Positions 12,065-24,958 of a stretch of 64,000 bases of DNA are shown here, one piece after another. Numbering within the stretch: position 1 is the first letter of the stretch; every line of letters starts with the position of its first letter. Source of the DNA: Scyliorhinus canicula. Lineage: Eukaryota. The notes beneath the pieces are model-generated. The model was not told the DNA's origin, made no database searches, and worked only from the letters and a program-made list of their open reading frames with translations. The stretch is taken from NCBI RefSeq assembly GCF_902713615.1, contig NC_052164.1, forward strand, positions 26,958,114-27,022,113. The letters run 5' to 3'. The translations under genes were made by a program, and so were the position numbers.

Positions 12065-12906
12065 CTTTTACCTGCTATAAATATGGCAATCAATAAGGTT
12101 GCCCTTCTTTCCTTAGATATCGATATTATATTGCTCAGAGTCACCGGGTATCAAATGATACCACCGCAAGGTTCAACCGGATATCGATCAAGGAGCCAGT
12201 TAGTTAGTTCAAGATCAAGGGTACTTTATTTACACACACAATTAATCATGCAACATAGACACTACTAGTTAAACTACACCTATCAACTATGACAACCTTT
12301 ACTTAACTTCAGGCACCTGGCTTAGGTCAGAGGAACAGTGGCCTTTGTTCGGATCTAGGGCTATCGGGTCTATAGCAGTAACTGCTGCTCAGCTGGGCTC
12401 ATGCATCTGGTAGCGGCCGTTGAACTTGAACTTGCTTCTGGTGGTGCTGCAATTGGAGATAGATGTTGCCTGAGCGCCAGGTCCAAGAGAGATTGAACAC
12501 ATAGTGGTCTCTCTCTTTATCCTTGGGGAGTTTTACGCTCTTTTGGGTGGTCCCTCGGTTTGGACTCGATTAATTGGGTAATTCTTGATCACTGGATTTG
12601 ATTTGAGCCAATAAAGGGGCGGGTGCATCGATGGCCGGGCGTGTCCTCAGCGGTAATTGACCCTGTCGTTGATGCGTCCTGAGTACAGGGAGTGGAGCCT
12701 AAATGTTCTGGATTGCTCAAGTATCAGTCTTTTGTCTTATAGAGATAGGCCATCAAAATGCTCACCAGTTGGGGGTTTCGATGCTGTGTGGATTCTTCAC
12801 TCACAAATATACATTCAGGCTCTGAGCCTGCCTGAAGCTTACATTGGCTGTTTTTCCTGTTATGCTTTGCGAACCGTCCATGTTTCTTATTGTGAGTGGC
12901 CATATC
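12065..12906 (-). mobile_element. LTR-like fragment
   Basis: Ends ..CATATCA, has a minus-strand AATAAA, and interrupts the surrounding MITE. No TSD found. Confidence 0.45.
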
Positions 12907-13167
12907 AGATGGCTAGACCAGGATGCCAGAATGGCATTGCTCAGGTGCCAAGCTGACATTTTTCATGTGACGGGAATCGGGCCTGTGGGTGCCCTGCGCC
13001 AACGCGGAGAGGACCGAGGACCCCCTTATAGGTGATTTGGGGTTTGAGGAGGTTTTGGGGGTTACATCAGGGCGTCGAGACATTGGGATGCCAATTAAAA
13101 ATGGCGTCCCGATCTCTCTCTGAATTGAGGAGTTAAGACGAGTGGAGCTCCTCAGAGCAGCCTCAGC

Positions 13168-13508
13168 CATACATAGTATTTACAGTGCAGAAGGAGGCCA
13201 TTCGACTCATTGAGTCTGCACCGGCTCTTGGAAAGAGCACCCTACCCAAGCCCACACCCCAGCCCATAACCCAGTAACCCCACACAACACTAAGGGCAAA
13301 TTTGGACACTAAGGGAAATTTAGCATGGCCAATCCACCTAACCTGCACATCTTTGGACTGTGGGAGGAAACCGGAGCACCCGGAGGAAACCCACGCACAC
13401 ACGGAGAGAATTGTCAGACTCCGCACAGACAGTGACCCAAGCCGGAATCGAACCTGGGACCCTGGAGCTGTGAAGCAATTGTGCTATCCACAATGCTACC
13501 GTGCTGCC
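13168..13508 (-). mobile_element. HE1-type SINE
   Basis: Near-identical to 5885-6220. Confidence 0.9.
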
Positions 13509-14016
13509 ACATTCCCCACTGAAGCTTGCGATGTTGCCAAATGGCCATTCGATAACATTACTCGGCACTCTGAATGCCCGGAAACACCCGGCTAATCGCG
13601 CTACGGGACTCTGTTCCCATTCGGTTAGACGGCGCACTTTGTTAATTTTTTGGAATTTGTTTCATAAATATCATCCGTGGGTTGCAACACAATCCTGTAA
13701 TATCTGTCGTAACCTTTTTCTCAATTTCCTTTGCCTTCCTACGCACTCCAATCTTCTTAATTTTAACTTTCATTCCATTTGCCATTTAGTGACAAAAGGT
13801 TTGTGTGATGTATGATAACATTGCTGGTGAACTGTGAATCATACCGAGGCTGGTAGCAACACTTAGACAAATACCAAATTGATATAATGAGGGACTGCAA
13901 ATGCAATTTTGCAGAAGAGCTGAGCATTGTATTGTATTATCCATCATTCCTTTTTAAAGTACATTGCAGAAGCTAAGTGCGCAATTTATTCCAGGGTAAG
14001 ACGCAATTGGACAAGC

Positions 14017-14237
14017 TGTAGTGGGCGCTGCAAACCTCAAAAGTCAACGGGAATTGTAGATTGGCCGATCACCTGGATGTTGGGATAACGCGGGTGCATA
14101 AGGGGTCACGTTTCGGGACAGCAGGAGTGCGCCCAGAGCACAGGTAGAGACACAGCATGTAAGAGCTGCCCACTTACTGTTAATAAACATCCACTGTTGC
14201 TCGTCTTTGATTGCCAGTTATTGGAACTCAATGTACA
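14017..14237 (+). mobile_element. Probable short solo LTR
   Basis: TGTA...TACA termini, AATAAA at ~14182, imperfect TSD. Confidence 0.45.
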
Positions 14238-14366
14238 GGAGCAACAGGGGAAATTTTCTCAAGGCAGCTCCACCTCCGTAAGTGTAGCAGCATAGGAATC
14301 CCACTGCACCTGTGACCCCTGGTCCTATTCAGACTGAATATCCTGCATCAGGATGGGGCCCGGTAC

Positions 14367-17300
14367 TTTTTTTTGAATAAATATTTTTCTTCTCCTTTTT
14401 CACATTTGCTCCCAAATTTACACCCGCCAACAATAAACAATAATCATTTAAAAAATGTCAATGCCCACCTCAATAACAACGATCCCATCCTCCCACCAAA
14501 CCCCAAACATTAGCCCGCATGTTCACATAAACAAATGCCAAAAAGGAATCATGAATCACCCATAGTCATCATTAACACACACAGGCCCCCTCCCCCCAAC
14601 CCTCCAACCCCCCCCCCCAACTAATGTTTGATGTTATCCAGTTCTTGAAAGTGCATAATGAATAATGCCCATGAATTGTAGAACCCCTCCATCCTCCCCC
14701 TCAGTTCAAACTTAACCTTCTCAAGAGTCAAGAATTCCAGCAGGTCCCCCCGCCACGCCAGGGCACAGGGTGGAGAGGTTGATCTCCACCCTAACAGTAT
14801 CTGCCTTTGGGCGATCAACAAGGCGAAGGCTACAACATCTGCCTCTGCACCCGTTTCCAACCCCAGGTGGTCCGACACCCCTAATATGGCCTCCGGAGGG
14901 CCCGGGTCCAGTTTCACATGCACCACTTTAGAGATTATCCTAAAATCCTCCTTCCAGTAATCCTCCAGCTTTGGACAGGAACAAAACATATGAACGTGGT
15001 TAGTGTGGTGCCCCCCCGCAATGTTCACACACATCTACTCCTTCAAAGAATTGGCTCATCCTCGCCCTCGTGGGGTGTGCTCTGTATACCACCTTCAGCT
15101 GTATCAGCCCCAACCTCGCGCACGATGTGGAGGCATTCACTCTCCGGAGCACCTCACAGCAGAACCCCTCCTCCATATCCTCTCCCAACTCTTCCTCCCA
15201 CTTTGCCTTGATGCCTTCCAGCGGTGCCTTCTCCTCCTCCAAAATAGCCCCGAAACCTGCCGACACTACCCCCTTCTCCAGTCCCCCTGTTGTCAGCACC
15301 CCGTCCAACAATGTGGAGGCCAGCTCCACCAGGAAGTTCTGTATCTCCTTTCTGGCAAAATCTCGAACCTGCATGTATCTAAACATTTCCCCCCCGCTCC
15401 AGCCCATATTTCGCTTCCAGCTCCTTCAATCCTGCAAACCGACCCCTAAGAAACAAATCTTTTAGTGTCCTAAACCCTTTCTCCTCCCATTTCTGAAAAT
15501 TTCCATCCCACTTTCCTGGCTCAAATCTGTGGTTCTCCCCAAACAGCATTTCCCTTGACTCTGCCTCCAACCCGAAGTGTTGGCAAAACTGCCTCTAAAT
15601 TCTCAATGAAGCTATTATTACCGGACCCGCTGAGTACTTCCCCGGGGCTATCGGGAGCGGTGCTGTTGTTAGTGCTTTCAATCCTGACCACCTGCACAAA
15701 CTCTCCTCCATTCTGACCCACTGGGAATCAACCCCTCTGACCCAGCTCCGCACCTTCTCCATGTTTGCCGCCCAGTAATAATACATCAGGTTTGGAAGAC
15801 CCAAACCCCCTGCCTGCCTTCCACTCTGTAGCAGCACCTTTCTAACTCTGGCCACTTTCCCTCCCCATATGAACAAAGTAATCATTCCTTCAATCTCTCT
15901 GAAAAATGCCTTTGGCAGAAAAATCGGCAGGCATTGGAAAATAAACAGAAATCGTGGCAACACGTTCATTTTAACTGCCTATACCTGACCCCCCCAGTGA
16001 CAGAGGGAGGCCATCTCACCTTGCCAGGTCAGCTTTCACTCTCCCCACCAAACTAGAAATATTGTACCTGCGGAGCCCCCCCCTCCCCCCCACTCCCGGG
16101 CAACCTGCACCCCCAGGTATCTAAAATGAGTCCCCGCCCTATGGAATGGCAGCCCCCCCACCCCTGCCCCACCCCCGGCCGAGGCACCACAAAATACTCA
16201 CTCTTGTCTAGATTTAGTTTGTACCCGGAGAAAGACCCAAACACCCGAAGCAGCTCCAATATTCCCCCGATTGACACACTCGGTTCCAACACATATAACA
16301 GCAAGTCATCGGCATATAAGGACACCCTATGCTTTGTTCACCACCCGCCCCCCCCCCCCACCCCCCCGCACTATTCCTTTCCATACCCCCAAGCGTCTTA
16401 ATGCGATGGCCAACGGCTCAATCGCGAGTGCAAACAGCAGGGGGGACATAGGACATCTCAGCCTAGCACCACGGTGGAGAGAAAAGTATCTTGAGCTGAT
16501 GTTGTTTGTGCGGACACTCGCCCTCGGCTCTTTATATAGTAGCTTTACCCATTTCACAAATCGTGATCAAATCCCAAACCACTCCAGAACTGCCATCAAG
16601 TACCCCCAGTCTACCCAGTCAAATGCCTTCTCACGTCCAATGCCACCACCACCTCTGTTTCCTTCCCCTCCGCCGGTGCCATAATCACGTTCAATACCCT
16701 TCTAATGTTTGAAAAGAGCTGCCTCCCTCTCACGAACAACGTCTGATCTTCATCTATCACCTTCGTGAGGCACTCCTCCAGCCTACCCGCCAGTACGTTT
16801 GCCAATACTTTGCGTCCACGTTTAAAAGTGATATGGGCCTATACGACCCTTATTCCGTCAGGTCCTTATTTTTTTTAGCAACAGGGAAATCAATGCCTGC
16901 CCCAAGGTTTGTGGCAACACCTCCTTCCCCATCACCTCTTCAAACATCCCCACTATCAGGGGTGCCATCTTATCCTTGAATTTTGTATAATATTCCACTG
17001 GAAACCCATCTGGCCCTGCCACCTTCCCCGACTGCATCCTCCCAATCGCATCTTTTATCTACTGCTCCACTATCGCTCCTTCTAATGTAACCCTGTACCC
17101 CTCCCCTAACCTCGGGTACTCCAACTCATCTAGAAACTCCTGCATCTCCCGGTCTCCTCCAAGTGGCTCTGATTTGTACAACTTCTCATAAAATTCCTCA
17201 ACAACCTTGTTAATCAGATCCGGAGCTACCACCAACTTCCCTGCCCTGTCCCTCACCTGAAGAATTTCCCTTGCCTCTGCTTCCCTCCGGAGCTGACCTG

Positions 17301-18495
17301 TTAACACACCTGCCTTATCTCCATGCTCGTAAATTGCACTCCTTGCTCGCCTCAGGTCGCGCACCGCCTTCCTGGTAGACAGTCGGTTAAAGCTCTCCTG
17401 TAGTTCCTTCCTCTTTCCTAACTTCGCTGGGGCCCCATCTTCTGCATAACTCCTATCTACCTCCAACATCTCATCTATTACCCTCTGCCACTCCAACCTC
17501 TCCTCTTTATCCACCCTGGCCTTAAACGAGATCACCACACCCCTCACCACCGCCGATAGAGCCACCCAGACAACTGCCTTCAACACCTCACCCATACAGT
17601 TGAAACCAAAACATTCCTCAATGACCTTTTCAATTTTGTCACAGAACCCTTGGTCCCCCAAAAGTCCCACATCTAATTTCCACCCCGGCCTCTGCGTTAC
17701 CCCCTTCTCCAGTACCATATCCACCCAATGCGGAGCGTGATCTGACACTGCAATTGCCGATATTCCGACCCCTTAACCCCAGGCAGCAAAGCCTTCCCCA
17801 CCACAAAAAAGTTGATCCGCGAGTATACCTTATGGACTGCTGAGAAAAACGAGTACTCCCGTTCCCTCGGGTGCAGAAACCTCCAAGGGTCCACCCCTCC
17901 CATTTCCACCATTAGCTCAGCCTACGTCTTCGCCCCCCCCCCCCCCCCCCCCGATGCGACCAGCGAGCGCGGTCGTGACCTGTCCAACCTTGGCTCCTGC
18001 ACCAGGTTCCAGTCCCTCCTCCACTATCAGTTTGTGTGTGTCCAAGTCGTGGATGGCCCCAAATACCTTCTTCGCGAATTCCACATCGTCCCAATTGGGA
18101 CCATTTATACTTACCAGCGCCACTAACCTCCTCTCCAGTGCCCCTTTCACAATTACATATCTACCCCCCTGATCTGCAACCACCTTCTCCATCTGGAAGC
18201 GTACTCTTTTGCTGACCAACACCGCTACCCCTCAAGACCTTCCGTCAAATCCAGAGTGAAACACTTGGCTAACCCAACCCTTTTTATGTCTCACCTGGTC
18301 CTTCACCCTCAAGTGAGTCTCCTGCTACATCGGCTTTCAAACTTTCAAGATGCGCAAGAACCCTTGACCTCTTGATCGTCCTCCTAACCCCCTCATGTTC
18401 GACGTGACTATCCTAACTGGGGGTCTCTCACCCCCTCCACCCTTCTTATCCACCATCGTCATACCACCGGGCCCTGCCCCATGAGCCTGACCTGT
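14367..18495 (-). mobile_element. Old L1-clade LINE with complete but frameshifted ORF2 (APE endonuclease, RT, CCHC); upstream remnant resumes at 21837-21900
   Basis: EN motifs RIVTSNMRG, ETHL, GVAVLVSKR, VYSRINFF, SDHAPHW; RT motif SLYADDLLLY; C-terminal HVHMFCSC; poly(A) tail at 14367-14374. Confidence 0.93.
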
Positions 18496-18509
18496 CCCTA
18501 TCCATTATT

Positions 18510-21500
18510 TTTTTTTTTTTTTTAAATAATTTTTATTGAAAGAGTTTTTCCATACAAACATTTACCCCTACTAATTTTTTAATTATTTACAACACAATCC
18601 CTCTAGGCAAATGTCCCTCCCTCGCCCGCCCTCTCGCGCGCACCAGTCCTCCCCCCCCCCCCCCCCCCCCCCCCCCCCCAGGCAACCTTAACAAACAAGG
18701 CAGCCTACAGTTTCAGACATGAGCAGCGAGCAGGCTTGCCCGCGTTACAGTCGTGCATGTCCCCCCACGGCCCTTGCTGCCCCCCCCCTCCCCTCCCCCC
18801 CCCTCCCCCCCCCTCCCTCCCCTCCCCCCCCCCCCCCCTCCCTCCCTCCCCCCCCCCCCCCCCCCCCCGGGTTGCTGCTGCCACGACCCCGAACGTCTAT
18901 CTCTGATCTAAAAAGTCAAGGAAAGGTTGCCACCGCCTGGCGAATCCCTGTACCGACCCTCTCAGGGCAAATTTGATCCTTTCTAGCTGAATATAGCTAG
19001 CCATATCATTAATCCAAGTTTCAACGCTTGGAGGCCTCGCGTCCTTCCATTGAATTAATATCCTTTGTCGAGCCACTAGGGACGCAAAGGCCAGTATTCC
19101 GGCCTCCCTAGCCTCCTGTACCCCCGGTTCTACCCCGACCCCAAAGATCGCAAGCCCCCATCCTGGTTTGACCCTGGACCCCACCACCTTCGACACCGTC
19201 CTTGCCACCCCCTTCCAGAACCCTTCCAGCACCGGACATGCCCAGAACATATGCACATGGTTCGCTGGGCTTCCCAGACATCTGACACACCTGTCCTCAC
19301 CCCCAAAGAACCGGCTCATCCTTGTCCCCGTCATGTGAGCTCTATGCAGCACCTTAAATTGAATGAGGCTCAGTCTCGCACACGAGGAGGAAGAGTTGAC
19401 CTTCTCCAGTGCATCCGCCCACGTCCCGTCTTCTATCTGCTCTCCCAGCTCCCCTTCCCACTTGGCTTTCAGTTCCTCCCCTGATGCTGCTTCCGCCTCC
19501 TGCATTATCTTGTAGATGTCTGATATCTTCCCCCCTCCGACCCAGACCCCCGAGAGCACCCTATCACTCGCCCCCTTACTGGGGAGCAGGGGAAACCCCT
19601 CCACCTGCCGCCTAGCAAATGCCTTCACTTGTAGATATCTGAACATGTTTCCCGGGGGGAGCTCAAACTTCTCCTCCAGCCCTCCCAGGCTCGCAAACCT
19701 CCCCTCTATAAACAGGTCCTTCAGCTGCCGTATGCCCACCCTGTACCAGCTCTGAAATCCCCCGTCGATGTTCCCCGGGATGAATCTATGGTTCCCTCTT
19801 ATTGGCGCCGCCAACAGACCTCCCATTTCCCCCCTATGTCGCCTCCACTGCCCCCATATCTTGAGGGTGGCCGCCACCACCGGGCTCGTGGTGTACCTCG
19901 TGGGGGGGAGCGGCCATGGTGCCGTTACTAGGGCCCCCAGGCTTGTGTTGCCACAGGACGCCCTCTCCAATCGTTTCCAAGCTGCCCCCTCCCCTTCCAT
20001 CATCCACTTGCGCACCATTGACACATTTGCCGCCCAGTAGTACCCCGAGAGATTGGGCAGTGCCAGCCCTCCACTGTCCCTACTCCGCTCCAAAAAGACC
20101 CTCCTCACCCTTGGGGTGCCATGCGCCCACACGTAGCTCATGATGCTACTCGTCACCTTTTTGAAGAAGGCCCTAGGGAGGAAGATGGGCAAGCACTGAA
20201 ATAAAAACAAGAACCTTGGGAGGACCGTCATTTTGATTGACTGCACCCTCCCCGCCAGCGACAACGGTACCATGTCCCACCTCTTAAATTCCTCCTCCAT
20301 CTGTTCCACCAGCCTGGAAAAGTTCAACTTGTGGAGGGTCCCCCAGTTCCTTGCCACCTGCACCCCTAAGTACCTAAAGCTCTTTCCTGCTCGCTTGAAG
20401 GGGAGTCTCCCAATACCCTCTCCCTGGTCCCCCGGGTGTATCACAAAAACCTCGCTTTTGCCCAAATTTAGTTTGTACCCCGAGAAGTCCCCAAACTCTG
20501 CTAATAGTTCCATTATCTCCGGCATTCCCCCTTCTGGGTCTGCCACGTACAGCAGTAGATCATCCGCATACAGCGATACTCGATGTTCCTCCCCTCCCCT
20601 AGTCAGTCCTCTCCACCCCCCTGAACCCCTCAGTGCCATCGCCAACGGTTCAATCGCCAGTGCGAAAAGTAGGGGGGATAGGGGACATCCCTGCCTGGTC
20701 CCTCGGTGGAGCCCGAAATACTCCGACCTCCTCCCGTTTGTCACTACACTCGCCGTCGGGGCCGAGTAGAGCAACTTCACCCACTTAATAAACCCTTCCC
20801 CAAACCCAAACCGTTCCAACGTCTCCCACAGGTACTCCCACTCCACCCTATCGAATGCCTTCTCCGCGTCCAGCGCTACCACTATCTCAGCCTCCCCCTC
20901 CACTGCCGGCATCATAATTACATTCAGCAATCTCCGCACGTTCGTGTTGAGCTGCCGCCCCTTCACGAACCCCGTCTGGTCCTCATGGATTACCCCGGCA
21001 CACAATCCTCTATTCTAGCTGCCAGGATCTTTGCCAGCAACTTGGCATCCACGTTCAGAAGCGAGATAGGCCTGTAGGACCCGCACTGCACGGGGTCTTT
21101 ATCCCGCTTCAATATCAGGGAGATCAGAGCCTGCGACATTGTCGGGGGCAGAACCCCCCCCTCTCGCGCCTCATTAAAGGCTCGTACCAGTACCGGTCCC
21201 ACCAAGTCCACATTTTTCTTATAGAATTCCACCGGGAACCCATCTGGCCCCGGCGCCTTCCCCGCTTGCATCTGACCTATTCCCTTGACTAGCTCCTCTA
21301 GCCCTATTGGCGCCCCCAGCCCTTCTACCAGCCCCTCCTGGACCCTTGGGAACCTCAATTTGTTTAGGAAGTCCTCCATTCCCCCTCTCCTCGTCGGCGG
21401 CTCAGACCGATACAACTCCTTGTAAAAATCCCTGAAGACCCCGTTCACTTCTTGCCCCTTCTGCACTACCTTCCCGCCCCTCTCCTTCACTCCCCCAATC

Positions 21501-21822
21501 TCCCTAGCCGCATCTCGTTTGCGAAGCTGGTGTGCCAGCATCCTGCTCGCCTTTTCCCCATACTCATAGACCGCGCCCTGTGCCCTTCTCCACTGCGTCT
21601 CTGCCTTCCTGGTGGTCAGCAGGTCGAACTTGACCTGCAGGCTGCGCCGTTCTCCCAGCAGCCCCTCCTCTGGTGCCTCCGCATATCTCCTATCCACTTC
21701 CAATAGCTCCCCCACCAGCCTCTCCCTCTCCTGCCTCTCCTTTCTTTCTCTGTGCGCCCTTATGGAGATCAGCTCTCCCCTGATCACTGCCTTCAGGGCC
21801 TCCCAGACCATCCCCACCTGCA
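18510..21822 (-). mobile_element. Young 5'-truncated L1-clade LINE inserted into the older L1
   Basis: Poly(A) tail and AATAAA, G-rich 3' UTR, TSD CCCTATCCATTATT at 18496-18509 and 21823-21836. Confidence 0.95.
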
Positions 21823-21832
21823 CCCTATCCAT
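18897..21832 (-). pseudogene. L1 ORF2 (RT and CCHC; EN domain missing by 5' truncation), one frameshift at ~20995
   Basis: ORFs 20990-21832 and 18897-21005 join as ARIEDCVPG-VIHEDQTGF. Motifs KAPGPDGF, YRPISLLNVD, LDAEKAFD, GTRQGCPLSP, LYADD, CVRC..HMFWAC. Confidence 0.95.
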
Positions 21833-22409
21833 TATTAATATCGAAACTCTTGCCCCCTCCCAAAAGACCTCCTACATTTCCTCTCGAAAAAACATCTCTG
21901 ACTTGCCCTGTTATTTAACCATGTTTGTGTGGTTTATGTTGTCAATATTTATGCCCACACAATTGTTGGACATGTAAACGTATAACAGTTCAATGAGTGA
22001 AACACGGCATCTGGGACCTTGGAGAACAATAGGACAAAACATTTATTCCTGTTAGCCAATGACAGAAATCAGGAAACTAGAGGCCAGTTAGCCGAACATC
22101 TGTTATTGGGAAAATGTTGGAATCCATTATTAATGAGGTTTTCGCAAGACACTGAGAAAATCATAGCCCCATTAAGCAGAGTCAATATGGCTTTATGAAA
22201 GGGAAATTGTGTTTAACAAATTTATTCAAGTTCGTTGGGGATATAATAAGCAGGGTGGATAAAGAGGAACTAGTAAATTTAGTGTACTTCGATTTACAAA
22301 AGGCATTCGATAAGTTGCCACATAAAAAATTGCTAAAGAAGACAAGGCTCATCGTGATAGGGTAATATATTAGCATGGAGATAGGCTTAGTTATCTAACA
22401 GGAATCAAA

Positions 22410-22952
22410 GGATGGGATTTTCTGAAAAATTGGCAAAATGTCAAGTACTTCTGACTGAAAATTGCTATGTTTCTCCCAGAAACACAGTCAGATTTTCTGC
22501 TCAGATCCTCTGACACTTTATCAGAAAACAAATCGGTGACATGTTTTGTGCCATCAATCTGGTCGGGTGGGGCCTTAAAGAGCCAGAAAACTCAGCTCCA
22601 CAGAGATCGGGGCACAATCTTTAAAGAGCCCTTCAATCTGTGCTAAAAATATATGTTGCCCCATTCTGCACTGCCATGGAGGACCCCCCCCCCCCGATAA
22701 GCTTCAGGGCGACCCCCCCCCCCCCCCCTCCCCACCCCCCACCACCATGGAAGTACCTGGGGGCATTCTCCCCCCTCCCTCCACACCCTTCGGGTCTCGG
22801 GGTGCTTGATCCTGGGGAAAGGCAAACCAGTGGCCTGTTAAAACCTGGGTGTCTCAAGAAACAGTGAGCTTTCTCAAAGGGAGTTAATGCGGCGGTCTTG
22901 CTGGATCTCCAGCCAGCAGCAGAGACCCAAATCACCTTCAAAAGATTCTGTG
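22410..22952. mobile_element. Harbinger-like MITE remnant
   Basis: GGGATTTTCT.. / ..AAGATTCTGTGC ends; interrupts the CR1. Confidence 0.4.
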
Positions 22953-23002
22953 CAAAACATCTTCAGAGGGATAGAAACAGGATAGGAGAGTCGACAAATA
23001 TT

Positions 23003-23251
23003 TGTCAGATGAAGTTTAATAAGGACACGGAGAGTCCACACCGAGTAAAATAAGAACAGTGTTTTATTTACACAAATAATATATACACTAACCGGTAAAT
23101 CCCTACTGGGTGCCTCTCTCTGATTAATGCCTTACTGGAGTGACCATATTAGCTAATTGAGATAACCCGCTCCTAGCGAGGGAGCTCATACTTTGCAAGG
23201 AGCACTGGGAAGACGAGCTTTCCCACCCTGCAGGTCCATGTGGAATATTAC
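23003..23251 (-). mobile_element. LTR-like fragment
   Basis: TGT...ACA, minus-strand AATAAA; similar to 51085-51320. Confidence 0.4.
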
Positions 23252-23509
23252 ATAAAGCAAATGCGGGAAAATGTGAGATTGCTTACTTTGTCGGGAAGTA
23301 TAGAAAGGAGTCGATTCCAGAGATGATGGGGTTGTCTTCTGAGGAAAGGTTGAGCAGTTTGTGCCTATAATCATTTGAATTTGAAGGATGAGAGGTTATC
23401 TTATTGAACCATATAAGACTCTGAGGGGCTTGATAGGATAGATGCCAAGAGGATATTTCCCCTAGAACTAGGCTGCACATCACTTCAGAATAAGGAGTCC
23501 TCCATTTAT

Positions 23510-23716
23510 AAATAAATAACCTTTATTGTCACAAGTAGGCTTACATTAACACTGCAATAAAGTTGTGAAAAGCCCCTAGTCGCCACATTCCGGCACCTGT
23601 TCGAGTGCACAGAGGGAGAATTCAGAATTCTGAGCTGGTACGGGAATTGAACCCACGCTGCTGGCCTTGTTACGCATCACAAACCAGCTGTCTAGCCCAC
23701 TGAGCTAAACCAGCCC
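23510..23716 (-). mobile_element. SINE family B variant
   Basis: Head GGGCTGGTTTAGCTCAGTGGGCTAG plus tail GGGGCTTTTCAC..CCTACTTGTGACAATAAAG. Confidence 0.85.
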
Positions 23717-23760
23717 TCCTTGCAGGGCTCCTTGCAGCCATCCTTTATGATGGAAATGAG

Positions 23761-23989
23761 GGGGCAGCATGGTGGCACAGTGGTTAGCATTGCTGCCTAC
23801 GGCGCTGAGGACCCGGGTTCGAATCCCGGCCCTGGGTCACTGTCCGTGAGGAGTTTGCACATTCTCCCCGTGTCTGCGTGGGTTTCACCCCCACAACCCA
23901 AAGATGTGTAGGGTAGGTGGATTGGCTACGCTAAATTGCCCCTTAATTTGAAAAAATAATTGGGTACTCTCAATTATTATTTTTTTTAA
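23761..23989 (+). mobile_element. Short HE1-related SINE with A/T tail (copy 2)
   Basis: Near-identical to 1729-1955; TSD ATGATGGA(A/G)ATGAG. Confidence 0.9.
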
Positions 23990-24044
23990 ATGATGGAGAT
24001 GAGGAGGAATTTCTTCTTATAGCAGGTGGTTACTCTTTGACCTC

Positions 24045-24480
24045 GTGGATGGATTGTGGATGGATGGATTTGTTTATTGTCACGTGTACCGAGGTATTTT
24101 TCTGAGAGCAGCTCAAACATGAAAGAAAATTTAAAAAAATTAAAATACATAAAAGGGCAACACAAGGTCCACAATGTAAATACATGAACACCAACAACTG
24201 GTGAAGTACACAGGAGTGTAATATTAATCAGGTCAGTCCATAAGAGGGTCGTTTAGGAATCTGGTAACAACGGGGAAGAAGCTGTTTTTGAATCTGTGCG
24301 TGTTCTCAGACTTTTGTATCTCCTGCCCGAGGGAAGAAGTTGGAAGAGTGAGTAAACCAGGTGGGAGGAGTCTTTGATTATGCTGCCCGCTTTCCCCAGG
24401 CAGCAGGAAGTGCAGATAGAGTCAATGGATGGGAGGCAGGTTTGTGTGATGGACTGGGCTGTGTTCACGACTCTCTGAAG
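24045..24480 (-). mobile_element. Rex1/Babar-type LINE 3' fragment
   Basis: NTAQSITQTCLPSIDSI..SLFQLLPSGRRYKSLRTRT; tail GTGACAATAAAC plus (ATCC)n. Confidence 0.75.
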
Positions 24481-24784
24481 TTACCCCAGAGAGTAGTAGA
24501 GGGTAGGCCTTGAATATATTCAAGGCTGAGTTGGACAGATCTACAGGGGTGTTGTGTCAGCTCAATGTAAAATGGGGTACATAAAGAGAAATAAAGACAG
24601 GGGAAGAAAGATTGGATTAAAAGAGAAGGAAAAAGATAGAAAGTAAAGTATTAAAAAGTGTAACATTTGAAATTCAACATTTTAAAAATCTTTAACAACA
24701 ATTTACATGCTGAAGGAATGCGTACTCATAATCTTTCACTCCCTTTGCAAGGGGAGTTGCTTGGCATTCATTAACAATTATCAA

Positions 24785-24958
24785 GGGCTGGTTTAGCACA
24801 CTGGGCTAAATAGCTGGCTTTTAAGGCAGGCCAGCAGCACGGTTCAATTCCTGTACCAGCCTCCCCAAACAGACGCCGGAATGTGGCGACTAGGGGCTTT
24901 TAACAGTAACTTCATTGAAGCTTACTTGTGACAATAAGTGATTTTCATTTCATTTCAT
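24785..24958 (+). mobile_element. SINE family B
   Basis: Paralog of 3695-3870; (TTTCA)n tail. Confidence 0.88.

Larger units (their letters stand above)
11585..13637. mobile_element. Non-autonomous Harbinger-like element with nested LTR fragment and SINE
   Basis: Degenerate TIRs GGGAGAGATCTACC / GGTTAGACGGCGCAC, internal GGCACTGCC repeats. Confidence 0.5.
21990..24550 (+). mobile_element. Fragmented CR1-clade LINE (RT and 3' regions) split by a MITE, LTR, SINEs and Rex1
   Basis: SQYGFMKGKLCLTNL and VYFDLQKAFDKLPH at 22180-22330; further CR1-like pieces at 23250-23510, 23990-24040 and 24480-24550. Confidence 0.75.

Noticed and set aside
18897-21005. 702-aa ORF as a functional gene
   Set aside because: It is part of a 5'-truncated L1 ORF2 with no EN domain, promoter or true ATG.
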